Positions 19,991 to 29,234 of a stretch of 64,000 nt of DNA are shown here, one piece after another (position 1 is the stretch's first letter; every line of letters starts with the position of its first letter). The notes under the pieces are model-generated. The model had not been told where the DNA came from. It saw only the letters and a list, made by a program, of their open reading frames with translations, and searched no databases. This DNA is from Lysobacterales bacterium (GTDB taxonomy: Bacteria; Pseudomonadota; Gammaproteobacteria; Xanthomonadales; SZUA-36), in assembly GCA_037968555.1 (NCBI GenBank), contig JBBKVS010000299.1, forward strand, positions 323 to 64,322, written 5' to 3'. Position numbers and translations under genes: made by a program.

Positions 19991-21826
19991 TTGTACCTGC
20001 AACACTTTGGATTAACTGAAGCACCTTTTTCGATCACGCCTGATCCTGCTTTCGTTTATCTGAGCGCCGCGCATAGGGAAGCATTGGCGCATCTGCTTTA
20101 TGGTGTAGGCAAGGGTGGTTCCGGTGGTTTTGTGCAGCTGACCGGTGAAGTGGGTACAGGCAAAACCACCATTTGCCGCTGTCTGCTGGAACAAGTACCG
20201 GAAGATACGCTGATTGCGCTGATTTTGAATCCTATGGTCACCCCGCAGGAATTGCTTGCAGCGATTTGCGATGAGTTGGGTGTTGACATCAGCCAGGCTG
20301 GAGACAGCAGCAAAAAAATGGTGGATGCGCTCAATCACTACCTCCTGCAGCAATATGCCGCTGGCAAACGGGTAGTGGTGGTCATCGATGAAGCGCAAAA
20401 CCTCAGCCCGCAAGCGCTCGAGCAAGTGCGCCTGTTGACCAATCTGGAAACGGCCAAGCACAAGCTGTTGCAGATGGTTTTGTTGGGCCAGCCGGAGTTG
20501 CGGCAATTACTGCAACGGCAGAATCTTCGCCAGTTGGCCCAGCGCATCACGGCGCGCTATCACTTGGCACCCCTGAACGAAGCTGAGACTTTTGCTTATA
20601 TCAAACACCGTATGAGGGTCGCCGGCGCGCGCCAGAGCCACTTCAACAAAGCAGCACTGAAAGCCATCTATCGCCGTTCCGGTGGCGTGCCGCGTTTGAT
20701 CAATATCATTGCCGATCGTGCCCTGTCCGGTGCTTATGCCCAGGAGAAAGAACAGGTCCATGCTGCGCTGGTGCACGCTGCAGCCAATGAGGTGCAACCC
20801 AGTGAACAGCGGGTGACCCAGCGCAGCAGTCTGAGTTTCGCCCTGGTTGCAATTGCGGTACTGGCCATAGGCGGGCTGTTTTTGGCCTGGCAGCAACATT
20901 GGTTGAGTTTCGGGCCGGGTCAGAGCGCTACGCAGGACGCTATTGCCAGCCAGGTCCCGGGGCCTGAAAAGCGGGGCACTGGCAAGTCTTCTGTCGATTC
21001 CAAGTCAGCTGCGCAGATATCTGAGTCTGGTCGTGAAACAGGCAATCCACCCCAGACTGGGCTGGTTACGCCAAGCACTAATGTGGCTGCGGTGGATGTG
21101 AGTTCAGCACCCACTGCCCTGGCGAGCCAATCTGTGGGAGCCCTGAGCGGCAAGTCCGCAGGAAGCTTGCCCCTGCGAGACCCACAGTGGACATATCAGA
21201 ATTCGCTGGTCAGCCAGGCTTTGCGAGAAGATTGGTTGGCTGACCAACATTTATTGGCCTACCCGGCGCTGGCTCAACTTTGGCAGGAGCCCAGCCAGGC
21301 CAAGGCTGTATTGCTGGCTTGTGAGGGTGCCAAGGCCAGTGGATTTGCCTGTTTGACAGAGCGTGGCAATTGGGCCAGGGTGAAAATTCTGGGTTTGCCC
21401 GTCATACTGATATTGCGCGCCAATGGTGATAAACACGTGTTATTGCGCGGTATCAGCGGCCAGCACATTTTGCTGGGTGCCGGTTCCAGTCCGCAATGGT
21501 TCCAGCGCGACAAGGTAGACGAATTGTGGATGGGGGAATATATCGTGGCCTGGCCGCAATCGCCGGATTGGCCGGAACAAATTCGTCGCGGTGACCGCAA
21601 TGCGGCTGTGGATATCATCTTCAGCATGGCGGCCATGGCCGAACCTCCATGGCAAGGTCAGGCCCAGGGCCAGTTTGACCTGCAGTTTGAAAATTGGCTC
21701 AAAAATTTCCAGCATAGCCAGGGCTTATTGGCTGATGGCATAGTTGGCCCACAAACACTGTTGTACCTGATGGCTCCGGGAATTTCTGAACCCCGCCTTG
21801 AATTGGAAAACCGGGAAGGTTCCTGA
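19991..21826 (+). CDS. ExeA/GspA-family AAA ATPase with C-terminal peptidoglycan-binding domain
   Basis: N-terminus MYLQHFGLTEAPFSITPDP, Walker A GEVGTGKTT, TM segment, and a C-terminal PG-binding repeat (LLADGIVGPQTLLYL). TTG start. Confidence 0.82.
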   Translation: MYLQHFGLTEAPFSITPDPAFVYLSAAHREALAHLLYGVGKGGSGGFVQLTGEVGTGKTTICRCLLEQVPEDTLIALILNPMVTPQELLAAICDELGVDISQAGDSSKKMVDALNHYLLQQYAAGKRVVVVIDEAQNLSPQALEQVRLLTNLETAKHKLLQMVLLGQPELRQLLQRQNLRQLAQRITARYHLAPLNEAETFAYIKHRMRVAGARQSHFNKAALKAIYRRSGGVPRLINIIADRALSGAYAQEKEQVHAALVHAAANEVQPSEQRVTQRSSLSFALVAIAVLAIGGLFLAWQQHWLSFGPGQSATQDAIASQVPGPEKRGTGKSSVDSKSAAQISESGRETGNPPQTGLVTPSTNVAAVDVSSAPTALASQSVGALSGKSAGSLPLRDPQWTYQNSLVSQALREDWLADQHLLAYPALAQLWQEPSQAKAVLLACEGAKASGFACLTERGNWARVKILGLPVILILRANGDKHVLLRGISGQHILLGAGSSPQWFQRDKVDELWMGEYIVAWPQSPDWPEQIRRGDRNAAVDIIFSMAAMAEPPWQGQAQGQFDLQFENWLKNFQHSQGLLADGIVGPQTLLYLMAPGISEPRLELENREGS

Positions 21827-21828
21827 TT

Positions 21829-22647
21829 ATGTCTATTTTGCTGGATGCGCTGAAGCGCTCTGAATCGCAACGTGAACTCGGCAGCGTGCCGACTCTGCAG
21901 ACCAGTACTGACTCCCTTGGGCTGGGCGCTGAACAGGCGCCTGCCTGGGTAAGCATGGTTATGGTGTTGTTGGCTGCGGGCAGTATGAGTTGGTTGGGCC
22001 TGCAACAATTCGAACTCCCGGATGAGAAACTGGCACCGAAATTGCCACAGCAAACAGCAGATTCAACTCCTGCCGAGGACGGCTCTGAATCGCCAGCGGA
22101 GGCAGAAAGTAACAGCCCACCAGTAAAAGAGAAAAGCGTTCTGCCCGTATTCACTGGCGCTACGGTTTTGAATTCGGACAAGGCCAACGCTGAGAAAGCT
22201 AAAGCCGAGGCGCAAGCCAGAGCGGGTAGCGATGTCCGCAACTATACTGCACCGGCACAAGCATCCAGTGAGCCCACCCGCGACAACGCGGTACGCCAGT
22301 CTGAATTGACCAATGTTGAAATCGCCGCGCGTGCAGGGGCTGAAATGACTCCGGCGCAACGGGCGGCCCAGCAGCTTTCGTCAGCGGGCTCCAAAACGGC
22401 AGCAGATGAATATGAACCGGACATCATCAGCTACTGGCAGGTGCCGGAATCCATGCGTGAAGGCTTGCCGGATTTACGCATCTCGGTACTTGTGTTTGCT
22501 GAACAGTCCGAGAACCGCTTCCTGCTGCTGAACGGTGAACGCTTGCGTGAGGGTGATGAATTGTCCAATGGTTTGCTACTGGAAGAAATCAGGCGCGACC
22601 GGGCAATCTTCAATTACAGGAACTATCGCTTTTATCTCAAGAGCTGA
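21829..22647 (+). CDS. GspB/ExeB-like general secretion pathway protein B
   Basis: N-terminus MSILLDALKRSESQRE, a TM segment, a low-complexity linker, and a C-terminal GspB-type domain (...LLLNGERLREGDEL...). Starts 2 nt after the ExeA-like gene. Confidence 0.7.
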   Translation: MSILLDALKRSESQRELGSVPTLQTSTDSLGLGAEQAPAWVSMVMVLLAAGSMSWLGLQQFELPDEKLAPKLPQQTADSTPAEDGSESPAEAESNSPPVKEKSVLPVFTGATVLNSDKANAEKAKAEAQARAGSDVRNYTAPAQASSEPTRDNAVRQSELTNVEIAARAGAEMTPAQRAAQQLSSAGSKTAADEYEPDIISYWQVPESMREGLPDLRISVLVFAEQSENRFLLLNGERLREGDELSNGLLLEEIRRDRAIFNYRNYRFYLKS

Positions 22648-22667
22648 GTTTGGCCAACTCAGCAAAT

Positions 22668-23357
22668 ATGGGGATCGTCACCAACTGGTCAGCTGCTGGC
22701 CCATCCAACCCCTATGCCATAGTCAGCATTTCCCTGGTCTGCGTGGTCATGCTTAGCCTCTATTCAATGTCCGGCCCCTTATTGCAACAGGCGCTGATCG
22801 ATGTGTTGGGTATGCAGCCACAGGCTATTGCGGAATTGATTCATTCTGACACCCGGAGTTGGTGGAATTATCCGGCCATCACGGTGCTGACTGCTATAGT
22901 GGTGCACGCCAACTGGCTGCACCTGGCGGGTAACATGGCCTATCTGTGGGTGTTTGGTTTACCCTTGGAAAGCCGCTTGGGAACCTTGCCATTCTTGTTG
23001 ATTTTCATCGCCGGTGGTGCGCTGGCCAATATCACCGTAGCGCTTAGCCTGGACCAACTCGAAACTCCCATCATAGGGGCCAGCGGGGCGGTGTCTGCGG
23101 TGGTGGGGTGTTACCTGGGGCTTTTGCCTTCACGACAAATAGGCCTGTTCCTGCCTCTGGGCTTGTACTTACAGTTTGCCCAGGTGCCTTCCTTGCTGGT
23201 GATTGGCTCCTGGTTTACTTTGCAGTTGCTTTATACCGTGTTTGGCCCCATTAATGCGGCAGTGGCCTGGTGGAATCACCTGGCCGGATTCGCACTCGGC
23301 CTCAGTCTGATGTTGTTGTACCGGGCATTACGACAATTTCGGGTCCAGGCCCCATAA
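22668..23357 (+). CDS. Rhomboid family intramembrane serine protease
   Basis: HxxxN-like motif HANWLHLAGNM, catalytic GASGAVSAV and downstream His (NHLAGFALG), six TM helices. ATG 22668 or TTG 22650, directly after the gspB-like gene. Confidence 0.8.
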   Translation: MGIVTNWSAAGPSNPYAIVSISLVCVVMLSLYSMSGPLLQQALIDVLGMQPQAIAELIHSDTRSWWNYPAITVLTAIVVHANWLHLAGNMAYLWVFGLPLESRLGTLPFLLIFIAGGALANITVALSLDQLETPIIGASGAVSAVVGCYLGLLPSRQIGLFLPLGLYLQFAQVPSLLVIGSWFTLQLLYTVFGPINAAVAWWNHLAGFALGLSLMLLYRALRQFRVQAP

Positions 23358-23381
23358 AACAAAACGAGTTATTACTTTACC

Positions 23382-23708
23382 ATGGCGCGAAAAACACCCT
23401 TATACAAAGTCATCTTCTTCAACCATGGCAAAGTCTATGAGTTATTCAGCGAAAGTGTTGGCAGCAGTGGTATCTGGGGTTTTATCGAAGTGAGTGAGTT
23501 GGTTTTTGAAACCGGCGAAGGCCTGGTGGTAGACCCTACCGAGGAAAAAATGCGCCAGGAGTTTTCCGGAGCCCGTGTTTTGCACCTGCCTTTGCAAAGC
23601 ATAGTGCGAATAGAAGAAGTGGAAAAACGCGGTAAATGCATGATCCGCGACCGCGAATCCGGAGAAAAAGTCACGCCTTTTCCGATTTCTCCACCCGCAC
23701 GCAATTGA
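23382..23708 (+). CDS. DUF1820-like small conserved protein
   Basis: 108 aa. N-terminus PLYKVIFFNHGKVYELFSESV resembles the gammaproteobacterial DUF1820 family (recalled from memory). Confidence 0.5.
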   Translation: MARKTPLYKVIFFNHGKVYELFSESVGSSGIWGFIEVSELVFETGEGLVVDPTEEKMRQEFSGARVLHLPLQSIVRIEEVEKRGKCMIRDRESGEKVTPFPISPPARN

Positions 23709-23719
23709 GCAGGGATTCC

Positions 23720-25039
23720 TCAGCTGTCGGCTCTGCGCGACAGCAGTGTCGCTCCGCGCAATAGGCGCAAAGCCTGGTACAAGGGAAAATCGTCTTCCGG
23801 TTTTACTGTTTCTTCCGCATCTTTGCTTTTGAAATCACTGCGCGATTCAAGGTGGCGTTCAAGATCTGCTTCGCGTGGCCTGTCATCGCTAACCGTCACA
23901 GTCTTCATATGTTGTTCTACGGACTGATCAGGCACGATGCCCTCGGCCTGGATAGATCGTCCTGAAGGTGTGAAATAGCGTGCAGTGGTTAGCTTGATAC
24001 CACCTCCATTGCGCATGGGTAACACGGTTTGTACCGAGCCTTTGCCAAAAGTCCTTTCACCCATCAGCAAGGCTCTGCCGTGATCCTGCAAGGCTCCGGC
24101 CACAACTTCGGACGCTGATGCGGAACCCCGGTCAACCAGCAACACTACGGGCGTGTTCGGGAACCATTGGCCGGGCTGGGCAGTGAACTCCATATGCATG
24201 CTGGCATTGCGCCCGCGTATGGAAACTATGGTGCCACTGTCGAGGAAGCCATCAGCAATATCCACTGCAGATTGCAGCACGCCGCCCGGGTTATCACGCA
24301 AGTCCAGTACCACGCCTCTAATAGGTTTGCCTTCGGCCTGAATGGACTCAATGGAAGCTTGCAGGTCAGTGGCGCTGTCGCGGTGAAAGTAACCGAGACT
24401 GAAATAGGCGATATCATCGGCAAACAAGCGGGCCTTCAGTGCCGGTATTTTCAAGACCTGGCGTTGCAATAACTTGGTGCTCGTTTCTCCTGTTGAAGTC
24501 ATTACTACCACTTCGACTTCGCTGCCGGGTGGGCCGCTGAGTTCATCAATAGACTCTTGTAATATGCGTCCCTTTACCGCTTTCCCCGCAATGGAGGTGA
24601 ACACGTCGCCCGGATTGATGCCGGCCGAATCAGCCGGGCTGGGCACCAGCACTTTGCGAACCACGATGCGACCGGCTTCTGCCGCGACATCCACGCCCAC
24701 TCCCACATACTCGCCGCGCGCATTGTGATCCAGATCTTCGTAATCGTCGCCGGGTAAATAAGCCGAGTGCGGGTCCAACTTGGACAGCATGCCGCTGATG
24801 GCGGCCTCCAGCAGTTCTTTGTCGTCTACATCTTCCACGTAGTTTTTTCTGACCTGGTTGAACACATCGGTGAAGGTGCGCAAATCATCCAGGCTGAGGG
24901 TCGTGCTTGCGGCTGTTTTTGGTAACGAATCCAGGTCTTCATCCTGTGCTGCAAGGCTCAGGCTGAAGAACAGCAGGGTAAAACTGAGCAGCAAGATGCC
25001 GCGGAAATTCCGATACGGTTGGGCACAGCTTGTTTGCAT
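23720..25039 (-). CDS. ctpA: Carboxy-terminal processing protease (S41 family)
   Basis: Signal peptide, PDZ domain, and S41 catalytic region GSASASEVVAGALQD. Lies downstream of envC as in many gammaproteobacteria. Confidence 0.88.
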   Translation of the reverse strand: MQTSCAQPYRNFRGILLLSFTLLFFSLSLAAQDEDLDSLPKTAASTTLSLDDLRTFTDVFNQVRKNYVEDVDDKELLEAAISGMLSKLDPHSAYLPGDDYEDLDHNARGEYVGVGVDVAAEAGRIVVRKVLVPSPADSAGINPGDVFTSIAGKAVKGRILQESIDELSGPPGSEVEVVVMTSTGETSTKLLQRQVLKIPALKARLFADDIAYFSLGYFHRDSATDLQASIESIQAEGKPIRGVVLDLRDNPGGVLQSAVDIADGFLDSGTIVSIRGRNASMHMEFTAQPGQWFPNTPVVLLVDRGSASASEVVAGALQDHGRALLMGERTFGKGSVQTVLPMRNGGGIKLTTARYFTPSGRSIQAEGIVPDQSVEQHMKTVTVSDDRPREADLERHLESRSDFKSKDAEETVKPEDDFPLYQALRLLRGATLLSRRADS

Positions 25040-25052
25040 GATTATCAGACTC

Positions 25053-26231
25053 CTACCTCTTAAGCCAGGCTGCCGGGTCTAGCGCCTTGCCATCTTTCCT
25101 CAGCTCAAAATACAGCCCCTGCTCGCCGGAATTATTGCTACCCACGGTGGCGATTATGCTGCCGGGTTCAACCCAGTCCCCCACTTCCCACAACAGGCTT
25201 TCATTGTAGCCGTATAGGCTCATGAATCCTTCGCCATGGTCAATGATGATCATCAGCCCATAACCGCGTAACCAGTCGGCAAAAGCCACCCGGCCGTATG
25301 CAATGGATGATACTTCACTGCCGGGACGGGCATCGAATACCCAGCCTTGCCAATACATGCCACCACTCCGTTGTTGGCCAAAAGCTTTACGTACTTTGGC
25401 CTGCACCGGAGTAGCCAGACGCCCTTTTTGTGCGCTGACAGAAACATGCTGGCCGAGATTGGCGGGTATATCAGCCAGCACATCGCTGAGTTTTTCCAGC
25501 AGTTTTTCCAGGTCTTGACGATTCTGTTCAAATTCTTTCAATTGTGCCTCGCCCGTGCCTATCTGCTGCTGCAACTTGGCCAATACCGTTTGTCGCAATG
25601 CCCTCTGTTGCTCTTTTTTCTGCAGTTCCTGCTGCTGCAATTCCTGCGCACTGGCTATGGTTTGCAGTTGCAATTCTATGCTCAGGTAAATGGCTTCGAG
25701 GTTGGCCAGGGTTGCCCTTAACTGCTCGATTCTGCGTGCCTGGGCCTGGTTGATATGTTCGTAATAAGCCAGCATGCGGCTGAGTTCAGCAGCATTGTCC
25801 TGGTTGAATACCAGCTTGATTCGGGACTGTCGTGTCAGGCGGTAGGTGTCACTGACCTGCTTGGCCAATTGTTGTTGGTCCAGTTGCAGTTGCTGCAACT
25901 GTTGTTCGCGTTCCTTTTCCAGCCTGGCAAGCTCAGCACCTTGTTCAGCCAATTGTGCTTCCAGTGCCCGAATGGCCTGGCTGGACTGCTGCAGGGAAAG
26001 ATCAAGCTGCTTCAATTGCTGCTGTTCTGCCTGGTGATCAGAGCGTGCTGCGGTCAGGCTGTGCTGCAAAGCCTGTATTTCCTTCTGCAACTGCTGCAGT
26101 TGTTGTTCCACTTCCTGCTGGCGGGGAGTACTTGCGGATTCCTTTTGAGCTTGCAGGGTTGTCACCTGGCACATGCACAGCGCCAGCAAGCCAACTGCCG
26201 CATAGTGACGGGTTAAACTCAAAAGTTGCAT
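25053..26231 (-). CDS. envC: Murein hydrolase activator EnvC (coiled coil plus LytM/M23 domain)
   Basis: Signal peptide, a long Q/L-rich coiled coil, and a C-terminal M23-like domain (GLMIIIDHGEGFMSLYG). Confidence 0.85.
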   Translation of the reverse strand: MQLLSLTRHYAAVGLLALCMCQVTTLQAQKESASTPRQQEVEQQLQQLQKEIQALQHSLTAARSDHQAEQQQLKQLDLSLQQSSQAIRALEAQLAEQGAELARLEKEREQQLQQLQLDQQQLAKQVSDTYRLTRQSRIKLVFNQDNAAELSRMLAYYEHINQAQARRIEQLRATLANLEAIYLSIELQLQTIASAQELQQQELQKKEQQRALRQTVLAKLQQQIGTGEAQLKEFEQNRQDLEKLLEKLSDVLADIPANLGQHVSVSAQKGRLATPVQAKVRKAFGQQRSGGMYWQGWVFDARPGSEVSSIAYGRVAFADWLRGYGLMIIIDHGEGFMSLYGYNESLLWEVGDWVEPGSIIATVGSNNSGEQGLYFELRKDGKALDPAAWLKR

Positions 26232-26237
26232 TGCATG

Positions 26238-27770
26238 TCAGTCTGTCGCTTTTACGAGTAAAGAAGTCCCGGTCATTTCTGCGGGCTGTTGCAGCCCCAG
26301 CAAGTCCAGCATGGTTGGGGCGATGTCGCGCAAAGCCCCCCAGGGCTTGAGCCGGGCAGGGCGGCCATGAAACACCAGCGGCACCGGATTGGTGGTATGC
26401 GCAGTAAGACTTTGGCCGCTGATGGGGTCCAGCATCTGCTCGACGTTGCCGTGATCGGCCGTTATCAGCAATTCACTGCCTGTGTCATTAACTGCCTTGA
26501 TCACCACAGCCAGGCAGCTATCCACTGCTTCAACTGCGGCCATCGCGGCCTGCATACTGCCGGTATGTCCCACCATGTCCGGATTGGCCACGTTGCAAAT
26601 GATCACATCAAATTGACCAGAACGTATGGCCTGGCCCAATTGTTCGGCCAGTGCCGGCGCACTCATTTCGGGTTGCAGATCGTAGGTGGCAACCTGGGGC
26701 GATGGAATCAGGATGCGTTGTTCCAATGGGAAAGGCTGCTCCCGGCCACCGTTGAAAAAGAAAGTCACGTGCGCATACTTTTCTGTTTCTGCTATGCGCA
26801 ACTGGCTTAAACCCTGTTCGGCCAATAGCTCTCCAAACATTCGCGGTAGTGCACTGGGCGGAAAAGCCACGCTCACCGGCAACCCTTCCAGGTATTCCGT
26901 CATGCAAACAAAGGCGGCCAAGGCAATGTGCTGTCGGCTGAACCCGGAAAAAGGCTCTTCAACAAAGGCACGTGTCAGTTCACGTGCCCGGTCAGCACGG
27001 AAGTTTACGAAAATCATACTGTCACCCCCGGCTATGGCCTGAGCGCCATTGAGTACAGTGGGTGCGACGAATTCATCGTTCTCATCGCGAACATAGGCCT
27101 GGCTCAATGCCTCGGCCGCCGAGGCAGCATGCTGGTCCGATACAGCGTGGGCGATTGCTGTGTAAGCGCTTTCAACCCGGTCCCAGCGCTGATCGCGATC
27201 CATGGAGAAATACCGCCCACACACCGAATTGATCTGCACACCCGGCATCGTATCGACCAAAGCCTGCATGGCAGCGATGGACTCGGTAGCGCTACGCGGT
27301 GGTGTGTCGCGCCCGTCCAGGAACAGATGCAGGGCAACTTTTGTCGCGCCACGTGCATGAGCCAGCATGACTGTGGCCTGGAAATGCTCGTCGTGACTAT
27401 GCACTCCGCCTGGTGAAAGCAGGCCCATGATATGGACTGTGCCGTTTTTGCCAGCAGCGTCTATACCATCGCAAAGCACCTGGTTGTTGATAAAGCTGCC
27501 GTCGCGAATGGCCAGGCTGATGCGGGTAAAGTCCTGGTAAACAATCCGGCCCGCGCCCATGTTCATATGGCCCACTTCAGAATTACCCATTTGTCCCGCA
27601 GGCAGGCCCACTGCTTCACCCGAAGTATTCAGCAAACTGTGCGGATGCTCCTGCCAGAGCCGATCCCAGCAGGGAGTGTGGGCTTGAGCAATGGCATTGT
27701 GTTCAGCTTCTTCCCGGTAACCCCAGCCATCCAGAATCATCAGTACCAGGGATTTTTTTTGAGTGCTCAT
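26238..27770 (-). CDS. gpmI: 2,3-bisphosphoglycerate-independent phosphoglycerate mutase
   Basis: 510 aa with iPGM motifs LMILDGWG, GNSEVGHMN and TADHGN. Confidence 0.93.
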   Translation of the reverse strand: MSTQKKSLVLMILDGWGYREEAEHNAIAQAHTPCWDRLWQEHPHSLLNTSGEAVGLPAGQMGNSEVGHMNMGAGRIVYQDFTRISLAIRDGSFINNQVLCDGIDAAGKNGTVHIMGLLSPGGVHSHDEHFQATVMLAHARGATKVALHLFLDGRDTPPRSATESIAAMQALVDTMPGVQINSVCGRYFSMDRDQRWDRVESAYTAIAHAVSDQHAASAAEALSQAYVRDENDEFVAPTVLNGAQAIAGGDSMIFVNFRADRARELTRAFVEEPFSGFSRQHIALAAFVCMTEYLEGLPVSVAFPPSALPRMFGELLAEQGLSQLRIAETEKYAHVTFFFNGGREQPFPLEQRILIPSPQVATYDLQPEMSAPALAEQLGQAIRSGQFDVIICNVANPDMVGHTGSMQAAMAAVEAVDSCLAVVIKAVNDTGSELLITADHGNVEQMLDPISGQSLTAHTTNPVPLVFHGRPARLKPWGALRDIAPTMLDLLGLQQPAEMTGTSLLVKATD

Positions 27771-28052
27771 GTTGGCTTCCTTACTGCGGGTATGTTGGCC
27801 TTGCTTATAAAATTGAGGATGGTGCTCAGGCTTAAAACCGAGAAATTATGCTTTGGGTGATTACTTGTAATCTTCGATCGCCGTCACCACTTGTTACGGG
27901 CTGGTATTTGACAGCAATAAGCCTAAGTCAGCCCGACAAGGGCGCAATTATTCCATAAACCACCTGCCGGGTTCAGCGCGGTCCAGGCAAAATGATAAAA
28001 ATTGAGTAAATCAATCCATACTCAAAATTAACTGAACAGGAAAAAGGGCGTA

Positions 28053-28478
28053 ATGGACCAAATATTGGAATTCATCAGCAAACACCCACTCTTATGTGGC
28101 GGTTTCGTGGCGGTTCTGGGTTTTCTGATCTGGACCGAGTTGCAGCGGCGTTTGCAGGGCTTGCAGGAACTCAGTCCAGCGGAAGTAGTGACCTGGATGA
28201 ATGATCCCTCTACCGTCCTCATTGATGTTTCTTCGGGCGCGGATTTCAACAAAGGGCATATACTCAATTCGCGGAATATCGCATTGTCGCGCATTCAGAA
28301 ACCGGATGCCGAAGTGGAAAAGTTGCACAAGTCCAAGTTGGTGCTGGTGTGCAAAACCGGTCAAACGTCTGCCCAGGCAGCAGCTGCCCTGAAGAAGCAG
28401 GGAGTCAGCCAGGTTGCGGTATTGAAGGGTGGCATGGCACGCTGGTTGGGTGACCAATACCCGGTTACGCGTAAGTAA
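28053..28478 (+). CDS. Rhodanese-domain membrane-anchored protein (YibN-like)
   Basis: N-terminal TM and a rhodanese fold with active-site loop VCKTGQTS. Located upstream of secB-gpsA as yibN is in E. coli. Confidence 0.8.
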   Translation: MDQILEFISKHPLLCGGFVAVLGFLIWTELQRRLQGLQELSPAEVVTWMNDPSTVLIDVSSGADFNKGHILNSRNIALSRIQKPDAEVEKLHKSKLVLVCKTGQTSAQAAAALKKQGVSQVAVLKGGMARWLGDQYPVTRK

Positions 28479-28639
28479 AACCCGGAATTACCCTATTTCA
28501 AAAGAACACCAATGATCCACAATTCGGGAATGTTTCAGCTGGCCAAGTCATTGATCAGGTGGGATAATCCACAACCTTGCCCGGCCGGGGAGCGGCCTGG
28601 TGTAAAAATTGACCCATAAATCTGAAGAGTGAAAATACC

Positions 28640-29176
28640 ATGGCAGAAGAAAATCAGGCAGCGGCGGCAGGCATCAGCCCCGAAAACGCTGCAAACGCAC
28701 AGTTCCAGATCCAGAAACTTTACGTCAAAGACGTATCCTTCGAATTACCCAACGCGCCGGAAATATTCCAGGAGCAGGGCCAGGCAGACGTCAAGATGAG
28801 CCTGGCACAGCGGGTTGAAGATCTGGGAGAAAACCTGATGGAAGTGGTTCTGACGATTACCGTCACCGCATCCATGGGTGAAAAAACCGCTTACCTGGCT
28901 GAAATTGCCCAGGCCGGCATTTTCCTGGTTTCAGGCTTCAATGATCAAACCAAACACATGGTGATGAACACCATGTGTCCAAACACCCTGTTTCCATACG
29001 CTCGTCGGGCCATATCCGCGATGGTTTCCGATGGGGGTTTTCCGCCTCTGGTACTGCAGCCGGTCAATTTTGAACAACTGTACGCCAAGCGCATGCAGGA
29101 TCTGGCCAGTCAACAGAATGGCGCGGGCGGTCAGCCCGCTGATGCCACAGCCCTGCCTACGGAATTCACGGCTTAA
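28640..29176 (+). CDS. secB: Protein-export chaperone SecB
   Basis: 178 aa (FQIQKLYVKDVSFELPNAP...) with an acidic C-terminal tail. Confidence 0.92.
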   Translation: MAEENQAAAAGISPENAANAQFQIQKLYVKDVSFELPNAPEIFQEQGQADVKMSLAQRVEDLGENLMEVVLTITVTASMGEKTAYLAEIAQAGIFLVSGFNDQTKHMVMNTMCPNTLFPYARRAISAMVSDGGFPPLVLQPVNFEQLYAKRMQDLASQQNGAGGQPADATALPTEFTA

Positions 29177-29234
29177 GACTATCCAGCTGACAGATGCTGA
29201 TTTTGCTCCAAATCGCCTTCCCTGAGACACAGCA

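Noticed and set aside
19060-20037. Long antisense ORFs inside well-supported genes. Examples: 325 aa opposite putA, 288 aa at 14139-15005 opposite coxA, 185 aa at 4335-4892 opposite lysC-lysA, 232 aa at 54111-54809 opposite the FimX-like gene.
   Set aside because: Each lies entirely within a strongly supported gene on the other strand. Their composition is Arg/Gly/Ser/His-rich and low in complexity, as expected for shadow ORFs. None has a recognisable motif.
25544-26216. CAG/CTG-rich, apparently repetitive DNA with Leu/Gln-rich ORFs on the plus strand
   Set aside because: This is the coding sequence of the Q/L/E-rich EnvC coiled coil read on the opposite strand. It is a compositional repeat, not a tandem repeat element or a separate gene.
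27753-27760. A8/T8 homopolymer in codons 4-6 of gpmI (MSTQKKS). Also a G7 run at 42374-42380.
   Set aside because: Both are short tracts in essential or ordinary genes. The G7 run is explained as the SD of the downstream gene. There is no evidence for phase variation.
28479-28639. Possible missing or decayed grxC between the yibN-like gene and secB (E. coli order is yibN-grxC-secB)
   Set aside because: The 160-nt gap has no frame resembling glutaredoxin (no CPYC motif). This looks like simple absence rather than a pseudogene.
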